Positions 13,433 to 26,344 of a stretch of 64,000 nucleotides of DNA are shown piece by piece. Origin of the DNA: Octopus vulgaris (Eukaryota); the NCBI GenBank assembly GCA_951406725.2, contig OX597822.1, forward strand, positions 76,508,001 to 76,572,000, written 5' to 3'. A program made the position numbers and the translations under genes. The notes under the pieces are model-generated. The model was not told the origin of the DNA. It saw only the letters and a program-made list of their open reading frames with translations, and ran no database searches. Each line of letters starts with the position of its first letter. Within the stretch, counting starts at the first letter, position 1.

Positions 13433-14509
13433 TGATGGATATTTAATACTATACATTTTGGATACTATATATATGGGTGATGATAGAAGAGACCAAGAGT
13501 GAATTATGCAAGTCTAAGTGGAAGCAACATGTGATCAACCCACTCTAAAGAGCAAAGGCCACGTTAACAATGATAGAAGAGGCAGAATGAGGAGACACCA
13601 TGTCTATGGTTCTTAGCTTGGAGTGTGTTGATGAATGACTACATGCCAATCAGCTACATGACCTTTTCTTGAACTCAGAACACAGAAGAATGTTTTGTAT
13701 TTCGGTCACTTCTCTGCTTTAATAATGATTTTAATATTAACATCAGAGATTTCTTTGATACATTAAAATATATATGTGCTTTTATGGCAGTGTGGACTGT
13801 ATTGTCTCTCATACAGACACAAAGTAAAATCTATAAAGATTTGATGTTTTACTTGTTTAATAAGTTAAGATGCAAATTTTAATTAAATGTACACACCATA
13901 TAAATTTAGTTCAGATATACAAACTATTAAACAATTCAAAAAGTTTAATTAATTCTTTTAATTCTTAAGTAGCTGGTAGAATATTTTTATTCTTTACTAT
14001 AATCTGAACAAAGATGAATGTCTGTTAAGTGGATAAAGATTATTTATAAAGGCTACATATGGAATCACAAGTTACACAGACAACAATTATACTAATTTCT
14101 TCGTGTATTTTGCTTTGTGTAATTTGATGTTGTTCAACTAAGAAGACAATAATAGTGAAAAATTAAAGCTATTGTCCTGAGAATGCAACTGGCATCATTA
14201 TGTGATAAGAAGTTTACTTCCCAACCACATGGTTCTGGGTTCAGTCCCATTGCATGGCACTTTAGGCAAGCATCTTCTACTATAAATTCAGGCTGACCAA
14301 AGCCTTGTGAGTGGATTTGGTAACAGAAATTGAAAGAAGCCTGTCATATATACATATAAGTACTGGAGCTTGAATCATTTGACTGCCTGGTTGCTGTCTA
14401 ATGACTGAAACAAGTAAAAGATAAAATATATCCTTTCATCTTCTTTAGTTATATAGGGAGGCTCTGTTCATAATAGTCTAGGTTAATGGGGTTACATTTA
14501 GATGTTTAG

Positions 14510-15270
14510 TCTCAGATTCTAAACAAATTTGGACAAAGAGGTGGCATTCTCCATTTCTCACACTCTGAATAAGTATAAATACTGGTAGCATCAGTTCTTG
14601 AAGATGCTTTTAGTGTAGAATTCCTCTTAGTACCATCAGAGAGTTTTAAACTTATTTCTGTACCACATCTTTTGAGTGACATGATCCTTTTAATGGTAGA
14701 TTGTAGTCTCTGCATTTGCAGTTAGATTGTTGGAGTGGGAGGTTTCTTGTGTATGCTTCACATTGTGGTTTGAGAGTAGATAAGCAATGTTATGTATGCA
14801 AGACAGCTGAAACCAACATTACTGGAGATGATGAGTTTGCTTTCTTTGTGCAGGAGCATCTCACAAGGGACGAAAATCCTTTGGGCCATGCTAGCATTTA
14901 CATTCATGTTAAAAGGAGGATTAAGCCAGATCACTTTACTCTTCCTACTTTTGCAGTTGTGTTCAAGGATGCTCTTTGTGCACTAGTTTCTCACTAAAAG
15001 TGCTGGTGTGTCTTTGCCATAAGGAGTGGCACTATTAAAAATATTCATTTCTGAGAATGGTTTCCTTGTTTGACTTTCAGTGAAGGAAATATTTGCTAAA
15101 TGTTAAATCTGGTGTAAGATCTAAAAAGTTAGCATTTGTTAGACTCCTTAAATCTTCTTATCAAGTATTTTTCCCCTTCTATACCTGACATTCGTCAATA
15201 TGTTGCATGAGATTGTTAAAATGTCATCTTTATATAGTCCAAAGCTGAGAAGTGTACTTTCATAAGGTAT
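14510..15270 (-). mobile_element. Decayed Penelope-like retroelement (RT C-terminal half, linker and GIY-YIG region)
   Basis: Minus-strand peptides occur in PLE order: FGLYKDDIL (GLYRDD motif), ANFLDLTPDL, SRKSKVIWLNPPFNMNV (IIWFNPP motif), then an endonuclease C-terminal remnant; many stops and frameshifts. Confidence 0.8.
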
Positions 15271-15619
15271 CTAAAATAAACAATTCCATCAGACTGTATA
15301 TATTTGTGTGTGTGTGTGTGTATGAAATATGCATGTCTATGTATGCACACACACACATGCACACACACGCACACACACACACATATATATATAACATATA
15401 TGTATATATATCATATAAATACACACACATTTATATATGTATAAATATTATATATATATAAATAACATATATGTATATGTAACTTATAAATACATACACA
15501 CATATATATAATATATATGTATAGATATTATATATATATTTCTCTTGCTCATATTTTTCCTTGTAATCAATGTTTTTCCCAGGCTATGCTATTCTGCTAA
15601 TTAATATTGTGTCAAATGT

Positions 15620-16150
15620 ATCAATTAGCAGTGTCACTCATAATTTTTTCCTTACCTTAATGATGCCAGCGACATATATTTAAAGTCCCCTTATACAACT
15701 GTATTCATAGAAAAGTATAGAACTATATTATCACTCTCAAATTTGAGAAACAAGCACTCATAACTTTTTCTTTTAAAACTTCATTCTATGGGAGTGAAAC
15801 CATGAAATTCCTTGAATTGAGTTCTATCATTTAAGCTTAATTAAAATACAGTTTGTTTTTAAAATGAAAAAAAAGTTAATTATACTTAAATCCAATTTTT
15901 TGTCTTATATTTTTTCATGATATTTTACCTCACAACTTTTTCGATACAAATTTTTATTGCATGGAACCAAAACTATAAGATTCTTCACGCTTTCTTCTAT
16001 CATTGAAGCTAAGATAAATATATTTTGCTTTTAAAATAAAAAAAGAAGTTATTTAGATCTAAACTTGATTGGTGGCGTTACTTACTCTCCTATAACACTG
16101 CTACATTTTTTGATGTAAACTTTTTTCTACTGGACCAAACCTAAATTTTT
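15620..16150. repeat. Old ~170-bp tandem subrepeats, possibly a DNA-transposon interior
   Basis: Repeated CACTCATAAnTTTTT and TTCTATCATTnAAGCT...TTTTAAAATnAAAAAA blocks. Confidence 0.45.
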
Positions 16151-16344
16151 TATGCCAAAATGTAGCTAGGGACCAGCCCTCTTCAAAAATGTCAACAGTC
16201 TTTTAATTTGGTTAAGAACTAAATTAGCAACAAGCTCTGAAAGATGCTGCATTTGAGTATATTGCAGTTTTAAGAATATTTTTCAACTACTACCATAGTT
16301 GAAGGATATATATTTACAGTTATAAAAGTATGTATATACATATA

Positions 16345-16421
<77 letters not shown>

Positions 16422-17371
16422 CATACATAAGCTTAGAAATACAAACATACCTATGCAAAGCTACATACATAGGTGAAAAAAACATAATCTCAGGAGAGTA
16501 CTGGTGATCTGTGTTGGCAAAAGTTGCATTTATTAATAAAATATGAAGTATTTTATATTCATATACAATTGGGGAAAAATTCTACGATGTTACAAATGAA
16601 GTCCTTTTATTTATTAAAGGCAAGGGAGGAGATAGAAGAGGTGTGTTTTGCTTTGTTCTTAGTCCACGAGAGTGTGGAAATATTGAAGAATTACTGGTAA
16701 TATTAAAGAATTAGTTACTGTAAATGTGTGAGAGAGAAGTGAAAGGTGAAAAGAAAAAAAGAAGAGAGTTTGAGTGGGAGTGCATTGGATATGGAGAGAG
16801 AGGAGAAAGAGAGAGAATGAAGATGAGTTGTGAGGATTATTAATCAGTGAAAGGTAGAGGCTTATTTATTTATTTATGTATTTTTTGTTTTTGTATTTAT
16901 TTATTTATTTATTTTGTTAGTTCATAGTCACTGATCAGAGAGCTTGCCAGTAGTAAGCACAATTCGTGTTTCTGTCGGTGCACACATACCTTGTAATGGT
17001 GACTGTTACACTGCCAACTATCATATTTCACATATATATATATACACACACACACACGCGCACACACATGTATAAATAATAAAAATTGAGTTTGTGAGTC
17101 ACGTGTTGTCACACATATATACGGATATATGCTACATATATCAGTGTGTGTGCATGCATGTGTATGTGTATATATTTACACACTGTATATGGCCAAAAGG
17201 AATCCAAGTGTTGTGCGGTCTGACAAAGGCTAGTATGCAGACACTTTGAAGTTACAGTCAACTTTTTTCTTGTAAAAGCATAATCAATATGTAGTCAATA
17301 AAAATTATTGAGCAATTCTTCAGTTTAATGTTAAATTGTTTTTATATATAACTCGGCAAAAAGAAAACATG

Positions 17372-17405
17372 TGAGTGCACTTGATAGACAGAAACTGAAA
17401 GAAGC

Positions 17406-17459
<54 letters not shown>

Positions 17460-17500
17460 CATATATATGTGTATATATATACATACATATATATGTATAC

Positions 17501-17545
<45 letters not shown>

Positions 17546-17586
17546 TGTATACATATATATGTATGCATATATATATATATGTATAC

Positions 17587-17670
<84 letters not shown>

Positions 17671-17897
17671 TGTATACATATATATATATATATATACATA
17701 TACACACGTATATGTGTTTGGGACCCCCTCCAACAGTGCTTGACAACTGATGCTAGTGTGTTTATGTCCCCGTAACTTAGCGGTTTGGCAAAAGAGACTG
17801 ATGGAATAAGTACTGAGCTTCCAAAGAATAAGCCCTGGGGGTGATTTGCTCGACTAAAGGCAGTGTTCCAGCATGGCCATAGTCAAATAACTGAAAC
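17372..17897 (+). mobile_element. 5'-truncated SINE family A with a ~300-bp internal (TA)n expansion
   Basis: GAAACTGAAAGAAGCCC, then the microsatellite, then the 3' half ending GTCAAATAACTGAAAC. Confidence 0.8.
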
Positions 17898-18202
17898 ATA
17901 CATACATACATACATACATACATACATACATACATACATACACACATACACTGTTGTTGATGCTGAAATGAAGGAGCCTTAGATCTAGGTTAGAAACCAG
18001 CTCTTTCTCTATTGGCAAGAAATCTTGAAATAAACTGAATAATGACATACATACATGTGCATGCATGTATATATGATAGGCTTCTTTCAGTTTCCCTTTA
18101 CCAAAATCCACACACAAGGATTAAGTTGCCTTATGTTTTGCTGGACTGAACCCAGAACCATGTGATTCACAAACAATCTTACCACACAACCTTATATGCA
18201 TA

Positions 18203-18233
<31 letters not shown>

Positions 18234-18783
18234 CTTTCCCAATCAATTAGACTATGGCCATGCTGGGGCACCGCCATGAGTTTTTAGTTGAATGAACCAG
18301 CCCCAGTACTTATCTTTTTAAAGCCTAGTACATATTCTGTCGCCCACTTTTGCTGAACTGCTAAGTTATGAGGATGTAAAATATCAGGCACAGGTGAGGA
18401 ACAACCACAAACACAGAGACATAATTACAAACATACACACACATCCATATATATATATATATATGTATACACACATACACTTGCACGCATATATACATAT
18501 ACACACACACATATATAGTGATTTTGAGGATACAAGTACTTAAAAGTGCTGTCTACATCCAAGCTTCATCAGTTTAATCTTATATGTCAATGAAAAGTTC
18601 AAGAGTCCAGTACAACTTAATAGTATTGGTGTTTATTGATTAAAATAGGTGCCAATTAAGTATATTACAATGTTTAATGATTATTACACTTTGATATATG
18701 TGGATATATATCAATATAAAATATCAAAAGGAGAAAATGGAGAGTTTTTACTATTAAAATTCAATTTATTAACATATTGTCAA

Positions 18784-18887
18784 AATTCTCTGTTACCTAC
18801 AATCGTTTCCATACTCAAGTCATTCAATTATAAATTAAAAATTGCATCTTGATATAGTGAGTTAAATATTTCCTCAGGGAGAGAATT
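18784..18887 (-). ncRNA. Type I hammerhead-like motif (left arm of fold-back 18720-19190)
   Basis: Minus strand reads AATTCTCTCC-CTGAGGA-A-ATATTTAA...TTGAGTAT-G-GAAAC-GATT-GTA-GG(TAAC)AGAGAATT. Confidence 0.65.
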
Positions 18888-19017
18888 AGACACAAAAATA
18901 ATCACATCATAATTGATTGGTGATCATCAACAGACTCCAGCAGTCTGTTGACGATCACCTGATCAAGATTCTGTCAATTATCACCTGATCGATTTTGATG
19001 TGATTCATTTTGTGTCT

Positions 19018-19129
19018 AATTCTCAAACTGAGGAAATATTCAGCTTGCTATTTCAAGATGCAATTTTTAATTTATCAATTTGTAATTGAATGAGCTGAGT
19101 ATGGAAATGATTGTAGGTAATAGAAAATT
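19018..19129 (+). ncRNA. Type I hammerhead-like motif (right arm of fold-back 18720-19190)
   Basis: CTGAGGA(19028)-A-ATATTCAGCT...AGCTGAGTAT-G-GAAAT-GATT-GTA; 10-bp stem II. Confidence 0.6.
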
Positions 19130-19190
19130 TTGACAATATGATAATAAACTGAATTTTAGTAGTAGAACCTCTTCATTTTCTCTTTATGAC

Positions 19191-19238
<48 letters not shown>

Positions 19239-21306
19239 GAGATTCAGTTAAATTAGGTTGAAGCACGAAGTCAGTCTGGTGTTATCCACTCAGCTTGAAG
19301 TAAGGTGAATAAAATCAAAATCTTGCTATGTTGAAGTATTTGCGAAAAATTACATTAATGTGTCCTACTGGTTAAAATTCTGTTTATTTGTGCAGCTGAA
19401 GGTGGTACTGCATTTAAATTGATGTAATGATTGCATTGTTCAATTAAATGGAGCCGCTTGAAACGGTCGTACTATATGACTACTTGATATCCTATTGCTT
19501 ATTTTGATTTTATATATATATATATATATATACACAGGACAGGTTTCTTTCAATTTTAGTCTACCAAATCCACTCACAAGTCTTTGGTCAACTCAATTAT
19601 AGAAGACACTTGCCAAAGGTATCACACAATGAGAATGAACCCAAAACCATGTGGTTGGCAAGCAAGCTTCTTACCACACAGCTATACATGCAGCTATATG
19701 AAAGAAAAATGGATTTAAATAATGATTTTATATATATATATGTATGTATGTATGAACGTACATATGCTACCTGCATCCAAGTAATGTGTGTATGCATATG
19801 CACTGATGCACAAAGCATCTTTAAACAGTCACGAATGCATATACACACACATCCACATATCCATCGATTATTCTTTTATGAAAGAAAAATTCTGCATAGA
19901 TATATTTATACTCACAACTACACACATATTTTTATTTACACAAACATATATGAGGAAAACATCAATACATACGGGGGAAAATATACCAGGTAAACATCAA
20001 TACAACTTTACCTGTACATAGATATATAAATACAGGTGAGATGAGGTGCTGTTAGGTACAGGAAGAGAAATGTTTATTTAAACCTAGCAAACAAGCTCTT
20101 CCAATGGTGAAGATAATGCTTTATTCTTTGTGTTAACTGGAGTGTGAGGCCCCATGGTGTGCAGAAATCCTAAATACTGATAGATGGTTAAGGTAGTGGC
20201 CAGGTGTCTGCTGTAGAATTCAAACTTCATTTTATTTCACATCTCTGTCAGCTTCTTAGATATTTCCATCACTGGCCAGCTAGTTCTTTCAGGAGCAGGC
20301 ATAGCTCTATGATTAAGACGCTTGCTTCTCGACCAAGTTGTTGCAAGTTCAGTTCCCACCACTGGGCAACTTGCTTCTACTAGAGCAACTATGGCCCTGG
20401 GCTCAACCAAAACTTTGTGAGTGGATGTGGTAGCTGGAAACTGAAAGAAGCCCATTGTATGTATATATATATATATATATAAGAGTAGCCTGCTTATCAA
20501 CCACATGGTTCCGGGTTCAGTCCCACTGCATGGCACCTTGGGCAAGTGTTTCTATTATAGCCTTGGGCTGACCGAAGCCTTGTGAGAGGAATTGGTTGAC
20601 GGAAAATGAAAAAAGCCCATCATATTTAAATTTTGTACATCTCTCTTATTCTTTCATTTTTTCTTTCTTTCAGCCCCTTCACGCTTACTTCATTCTTTCC
20701 ACTCTTCTTTCTTTCTCACATTTCCTGGCCTTCCCTCCTCTTTCACTTCATTCTGTCCCTTTTCTCTTTTTCTCATTCCTCCCTAATTTCTTCTATCCTT
20801 CTGTCTCTACCTCTCTCCTCTCCTTCCAGGTGACCGGTGTTCAGCCAAGCCTGACCTTTCTTGGTTCAACTACCATCCATACAACATTTATATTCTTTCC
20901 CATGCCTGTCATCTCTTATATCCTTGCAATAAGGCTTCACTTCCACACATGCCAGCTTAATTTAATTCGTCCTTAGTCGAAAGACACCTGTTATTAATGT
21001 CCTGTTGACTACATTTGTATTTGTGTACCATTTCTCCATTTTTTTTCTGTCCCTGTGTTTGTACACATTCACTGCTTTCTTCCAAGGAATCTAGATTTTC
21101 CTTGAGGCTGGCCAGATTGGAGAAGTCTCGAGTATAACCAGCCAAAACTGTAAATCTAATCTGGAACTCAACTGATGTAAGAAAACTCCGAATGACCCAT
21201 CCTTGTTTTTTCTTGCCCCTTTTTGTATCATCTAACTGTCTGGATGTCTTGTCACCTGTTGTATTCTTGTCCCATTTTTTGTATTCTTTTGATACATACA
21301 TATATA

Positions 21307-21342
<36 letters not shown>

Positions 21343-21347
<5 letters not shown>

Positions 21348-21563
21348 GGTGGCCCAAAAGTAGGTTTACAGTTATTCAACTACCTCTTTCGCATTCATAT
21401 GTTAACTGTTTAAATCTTAATCATAAAAAAGTATGAAACCATTATTCTATGCATTTTTTAGTTAATTTTGTCAAACTCCCTTTTCAGTTTGTAAAATAGA
21501 AATTTAAATGTAATAATAATTAAAGTACCTATATGATAACTGTAAACCTACTTTTGGGCCACT

Positions 21564-21569
<6 letters not shown>
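21343..21569. mobile_element. Tc1/mariner-type MITE inserted in (TA)n
   Basis: ~30-bp TIRs AGGGTGGCCCAAAAGTAGGTTTACAGTT / AACTGTAAACCTACTTTTGGGCCACTCT. Confidence 0.85.
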
Positions 21570-21609
<40 letters not shown>

Positions 21610-22469
21610 TATATATATATGTCAACATACATTGTGCCAGGGCAACTGTTACCAGGACAACTCAGTCTCAAACAATTGATACCTAGGACAACTGATATAT
21701 AGGACAACTTGTAACAGGTATAAAGTTTAGAAGACTTCAAAAGGTTCAAACGTCGTTGTGTATTGGAGTGATTTCTCACCAAAGGAAGAGTCCAGTGTAA
21801 TCCATGGGTAGGAGAGATGCAGCTGAAGTGTAGGAATCCGAGTGCAGGAAAGTAGAAGGAAGTCCAAGTAGAGAATCCATGTAGAATAGTCCAAGAAAAG
21901 TTCAAAGTGTTATGAGGTGGAGACAGGATAAAACTGGTGTGACCACATGTGCATGCAATATATGTGGATATATGTGTGTGTTTTTGAGTGTACTCTTGTC
22001 TTGACATCATATGATGGTTGTAAATAAGCTTCAGGATACTCATCATACAACCATTGTTGTACATTTCCTGTTTTCCCTGAAAAACATGTCTAACAATGAA
22101 GAAATATTACCTAGATTGGAAACCAGGCAAGAGTTTGTGACAGGAAGAGCATCCAGCCACAGAATATCTGCCTCCACAAATTCAGTCTGACCAATGTAAA
22201 CATGGACAAGTGGACATTACAAAACAATGAAGATGAGAATATTTTTTCATCTTTTTGACTGTCTGTTTGATGAATCATTTTAATTACTAGATCAATGTCT
22301 TCAGCTTAACGAGAGTATACACTGCTTTATTAACATTAAACAGAGCTACTTTTTGCCTTGTTTATTTTTCCCACCTCACCATAAAATGACTAGTGACATC
22401 AACATATATACAACTTCAATCGCGTTACATTCTATCAACTTAAAAAGTGTATTGTTGAATTAAAATTTA

Positions 22470-23460
22470 TGTTTATGTGTATGTATGTATATATAAATCT
22501 GAATGTATGTGTGTATATGGATAAGTTTAAATGTATGTATGTATTGTTCAGTTCAAATGTATGTATGTATGTGTGTATATATATAAATATATGTGTGTGT
22601 GTGAATAAATTTAAACATATGTATGTATATAATGTATATATAAATGTATGTGTGTATGTATTGTTCAATTCAAATGTATGTATATATATATGAATATAAA
22701 TGTATGTGTGTATATGGATAAATTTAAATGTATGCATGTGTGTAGTATATGTGTATGAATATGTGTGTGTATATTGTTAAAATCAAGTGTATGTATGTGT
22801 GTATGTATCATCATCATCATCATAATCATTGTTTAATGTCCTCCTTCCATGCTAAACAATGATGATGGTGATGATAATGATATATACAAACATGTATATA
22901 TGTGAATATGTGTATGTATATATAAATATAAATATATGTGTGTATGGATAAATCTAAATGCATGTATGTGTATGTATATGTATGTATATATGAATATAAA
23001 TGAATGTGTGTATGTGTAAAATCAAATGTATGTATGTCTGTCTGTATATATATGTATTTACATGTCTGTATATATGCTTGTTTGTATATATGTGTGAATG
23101 TGTATGTATTTATATGTATGTATGGATTTAAATGTATGTGCATATGTGTATCTATTTACATGTTTGTATGTATATGTCTGGTTTATATGTATGTTTATGT
23201 ACGTATGTATGTGTACGTATGAATTTAAATGTTTGAATGTATATGAGTGTGTGTTTGCATTTACATGTCTAGGTGTGTATGGATTTAAAAATGTATGTGT
23301 GTGTGTATATGTAGTATGTAGGTTGTGTATGTATGAATTTGAATGTGTGTGTGTGTTGTATTTATGCATTTAAGTCTATGTGTGTGCGCGTGAATTTAAA
23401 TGTATGTATGTGTCTGTATGTAGTTGTATGTGTGTATGAATTTGAATATGTATGCATTTA
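22470..23460. repeat. TG/TATG-rich minisatellite with a recurring GAATTTAAATG anchor
   Basis: Units of roughly 30-40 bp visible by eye. Confidence 0.7.
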
Positions 23461-23878
23461 CGCTTTAATACTTTTACTGATTGCATGCACAGCTGCGGTT
23501 CTGTTGTTGCTATTGGTGATCAAGCAGAATCATTGAAGCATTGGAAAACAAAAAGGAAAAACGGGGGTGGGGGGAGAGTTAGCAGAATAATAAGAGCATA
23601 GGGAAAAAATGCCTTGTGATATTTGTTTTGGTTCTTTGTATTTTAATTTCAAATCCTGCCAAGTCAGTTTTGCTTTTATTCTTCAAGGGTCTATGAAATA
23701 AAGTTTTAATCAAGTACTGGGATAGATGGCATTGATTAACCCCCTCCCCTCAAAATTTCAGCCCTTCTTGCCTCAACTGGAAGCCATTGCTTGGAAGGAC
23801 TTGGTTCTTAACCATGTTTTGACTATGGCCCTCTTCGATTCCTATTTCACTGGGGCAGACCTCATGACCATTCCATGT

Positions 23879-24096
23879 TTAACTCATTAGCATTTAAACT
23901 AAACATGTAGGTGTAGGCATGGCTGCGTGGTAAGAAGCATGCTTCCCAACCACATGGTTCTTGGTTCAGTCCCACTACATGCCACCTTGGGCAAGTGACT
24001 TCTGCTATAGCCTCTGGCCGACCAAAGCCTTGTGAGTACATTTGGTCGACGGAAACTGAAAGAAGCCCATCGTATATATGTCTATATATATATATT

Positions 24097-24133
<37 letters not shown>

Positions 24134-24548
24134 ATATGTTTGTGTATTTGTGTTTGACCCCCCAACATCACTTGACAACCAATGCTGGTGTGTTTACATC
24201 CCCGTAACTTAGTGGTTTGGCAAAAGAAGCCGATAGAATAAGTACTAGGCTTACAAAGAATAAGAACTGGGGTCGATTTCTACGACTAAAGGCGGTGCTC
24301 CAGCATGGCCGCAGTCAAATGACTGAAACAAGTAAAAGAATAAAAGAATATCCGACTGAAATATTCTACCTGTTTTAGGTTCAAACTTGCCGGATCTGAC
24401 TTCTCACACCTACCCTACAATGTCATTCTAAAAATTAACAGTCACTTCATCAAAATCTCAATTGTACAAGATAATGCATGATTAATTCAAAACAATGGCA
24501 ATGAATAAGCTATATTTTTTACAGAACAAAGTGAATACTAAAGGGTTG
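23879..24548. mobile_element. TTAA-type MITE (same family as 30782-31008) interrupted by a full-length SINE A (about 23909-24348, +)
   Basis: MITE halves flank a complete SINE with head TGGCTGCGTGGTAAG...GGTTCAGTCCC. Confidence 0.75.
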
Positions 24549-24837
24549 AAAGATCCTGTGATGTTTTTATAATTAGATATTGTACAGAAAAAGATTGTTA
24601 AAGTGAGAGTAAGCAAATGTGTGGCACAAACATTAGGTAACTATGCACAAACCAATTGTACAGGTCATACAGCAAAAGCTGAATGCTCAAACGTCTTTTT
24701 TTGACGGAAGAATCCGTCATGTGCGTGTGTATTTGTGTGCGTATGTAGTTAGTCCAATCCATACCAGAGGGGAAAACAGACATTAGAGGATGATGGATAA
24801 TGATATGTGTGTGTGTGTGTGTATTTTTTAAAAATTT

Positions 24838-25225
24838 ATTTGTTATTTAACTGTGGCCATGCTGGAGTACCACCTTTAGTTGAGCAAATCAAACCCGGGA
24901 CTTATTCTTTGTGAGCCTAGTATTTATTCTATTGGTGTCTTTTGCTGAACTGCTAAGTTATGGGGATGTAAACACTCCAGCATCAGTTCTCAAGTATAGT
25001 TGCAGGGACAGACACACAAACATATACACATACACAAAGACACACAGACACACACACACATATACATGGGCTTCTTTCAGTTTCCATCTACCAAATCCAA
25101 TCACAAGGCTTTGGTCAGCCTAAGGCTATCATAGAAGACACTTGCCCAAGATTCCACTCAGTGGGACTGAACCCGGAACCATGTGGCTGGTAAGCAAGCT
25201 ACTTACCACACACCCACTTCTGTGC
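24838..25225 (-). mobile_element. Full-length SINE family A
   Basis: Reverse complement of the head and tail seen at 29934-30341. Confidence 0.85.
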
Positions 25226-26127
25226 TTATGTGTGTGTATGTATATATATTATATATATATAGAGCTGCATGTGTGCATATGAGTGTGAAATGTGTGTTTC
25301 TATATGTATGAGTGTAAAGTATGTGCTTGTATGTATTTATGTATATGCATGTATTCAGGTGTATATATGCTTGTATGTATGTATATAGTGTATATATATG
25401 TGTGTGTGTATTTGTCTTACATGTATATACATGTGTGTGCATGAGTGAGTTTGTGTGTGTGTGCACACGCGCATGTGAATTAGTGAACATGTGCATGCAT
25501 CATATATGCATGAGTATGTGTGTGTGTGTATACGTGTGCTTATATTCGTAGTAAATGTGTTTCCATATGTGTGTATGTACTTGCATGTATGTGTGTGTGT
25601 GCTATATACATGTATGTATGAATGCGTATGTATAAAATGCATATACATGCCTGCACCTGTGTGTACAATATATATATTTCCATATCTGTGTGTGTGCATT
25701 TAATTGTCAATTATTGAATAGCTAACAGGATCACTTCACTAAATTCTATTACTGTTTTGTCTCTGATAGACTTTTTTTTTTCAATTCTTTTACTAAACCA
25801 AGTATTCTTTCATTCAGCTACTCTTTATGTTCAGTTCCTCTGCAAGGCTCTCTTGTTCTCTTTCATTACCCCCACCCCCCACCCCCAGACACACATCCAC
25901 ACACACACGGAAACACTCACACAAACACAAAACAAAAAAAAGTCCAATAATTGTATCCATTGTTCAGTGCTGAGTCAGCTGTTGAGTATAGCATTATTTT
26001 ACCTTCAGGTCCACCTGATAAATTCTTTACATCTGTATTATTATCATTATTATCATTATTTTTATTATCATTATTATTATTATTATCATTATTATTATTA
26101 TTATTGTTATTATCATTTTTATTATAA

Positions 26128-26340
26128 AGGCACTGAGCTGGCAGAATCGTTAGCATGCTAGACGAAATACTTAACGGTATTTCCCCCATTGCTACTTTCT
26201 GAGTTCAAATTCCGCTGAGGTCTGCTTTGCCTGTCATTCTTTCGGGGTCGATAAATTAAGTACCAGTAAAACAATGTGGGGTCGATGTGATTGACTACTC
26301 GCCCCCCCCCCCAATTTCAGTCCTTGTGCCTATAGTAGGG
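26128..26340 (+). mobile_element. SINE family B
   Basis: GAGCTGGCAGAATCGTTAGC head, GTTCAAATTCC box and core. Confidence 0.8.
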
Positions 26341-26344
26341 TAAA

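Noticed and set aside
14064-14128. miRNA-like hairpin
   Set aside because: The pairing is imperfect and AT-rich, with no recognisable mature miRNA.
15184-15270. Apparent minus-strand exon (ttttag...GTATAG) with open frame IPYESTLLSFGLYKDDIL
   Set aside because: It is better explained as the YxDD region of the decayed Penelope RT that continues downstream.
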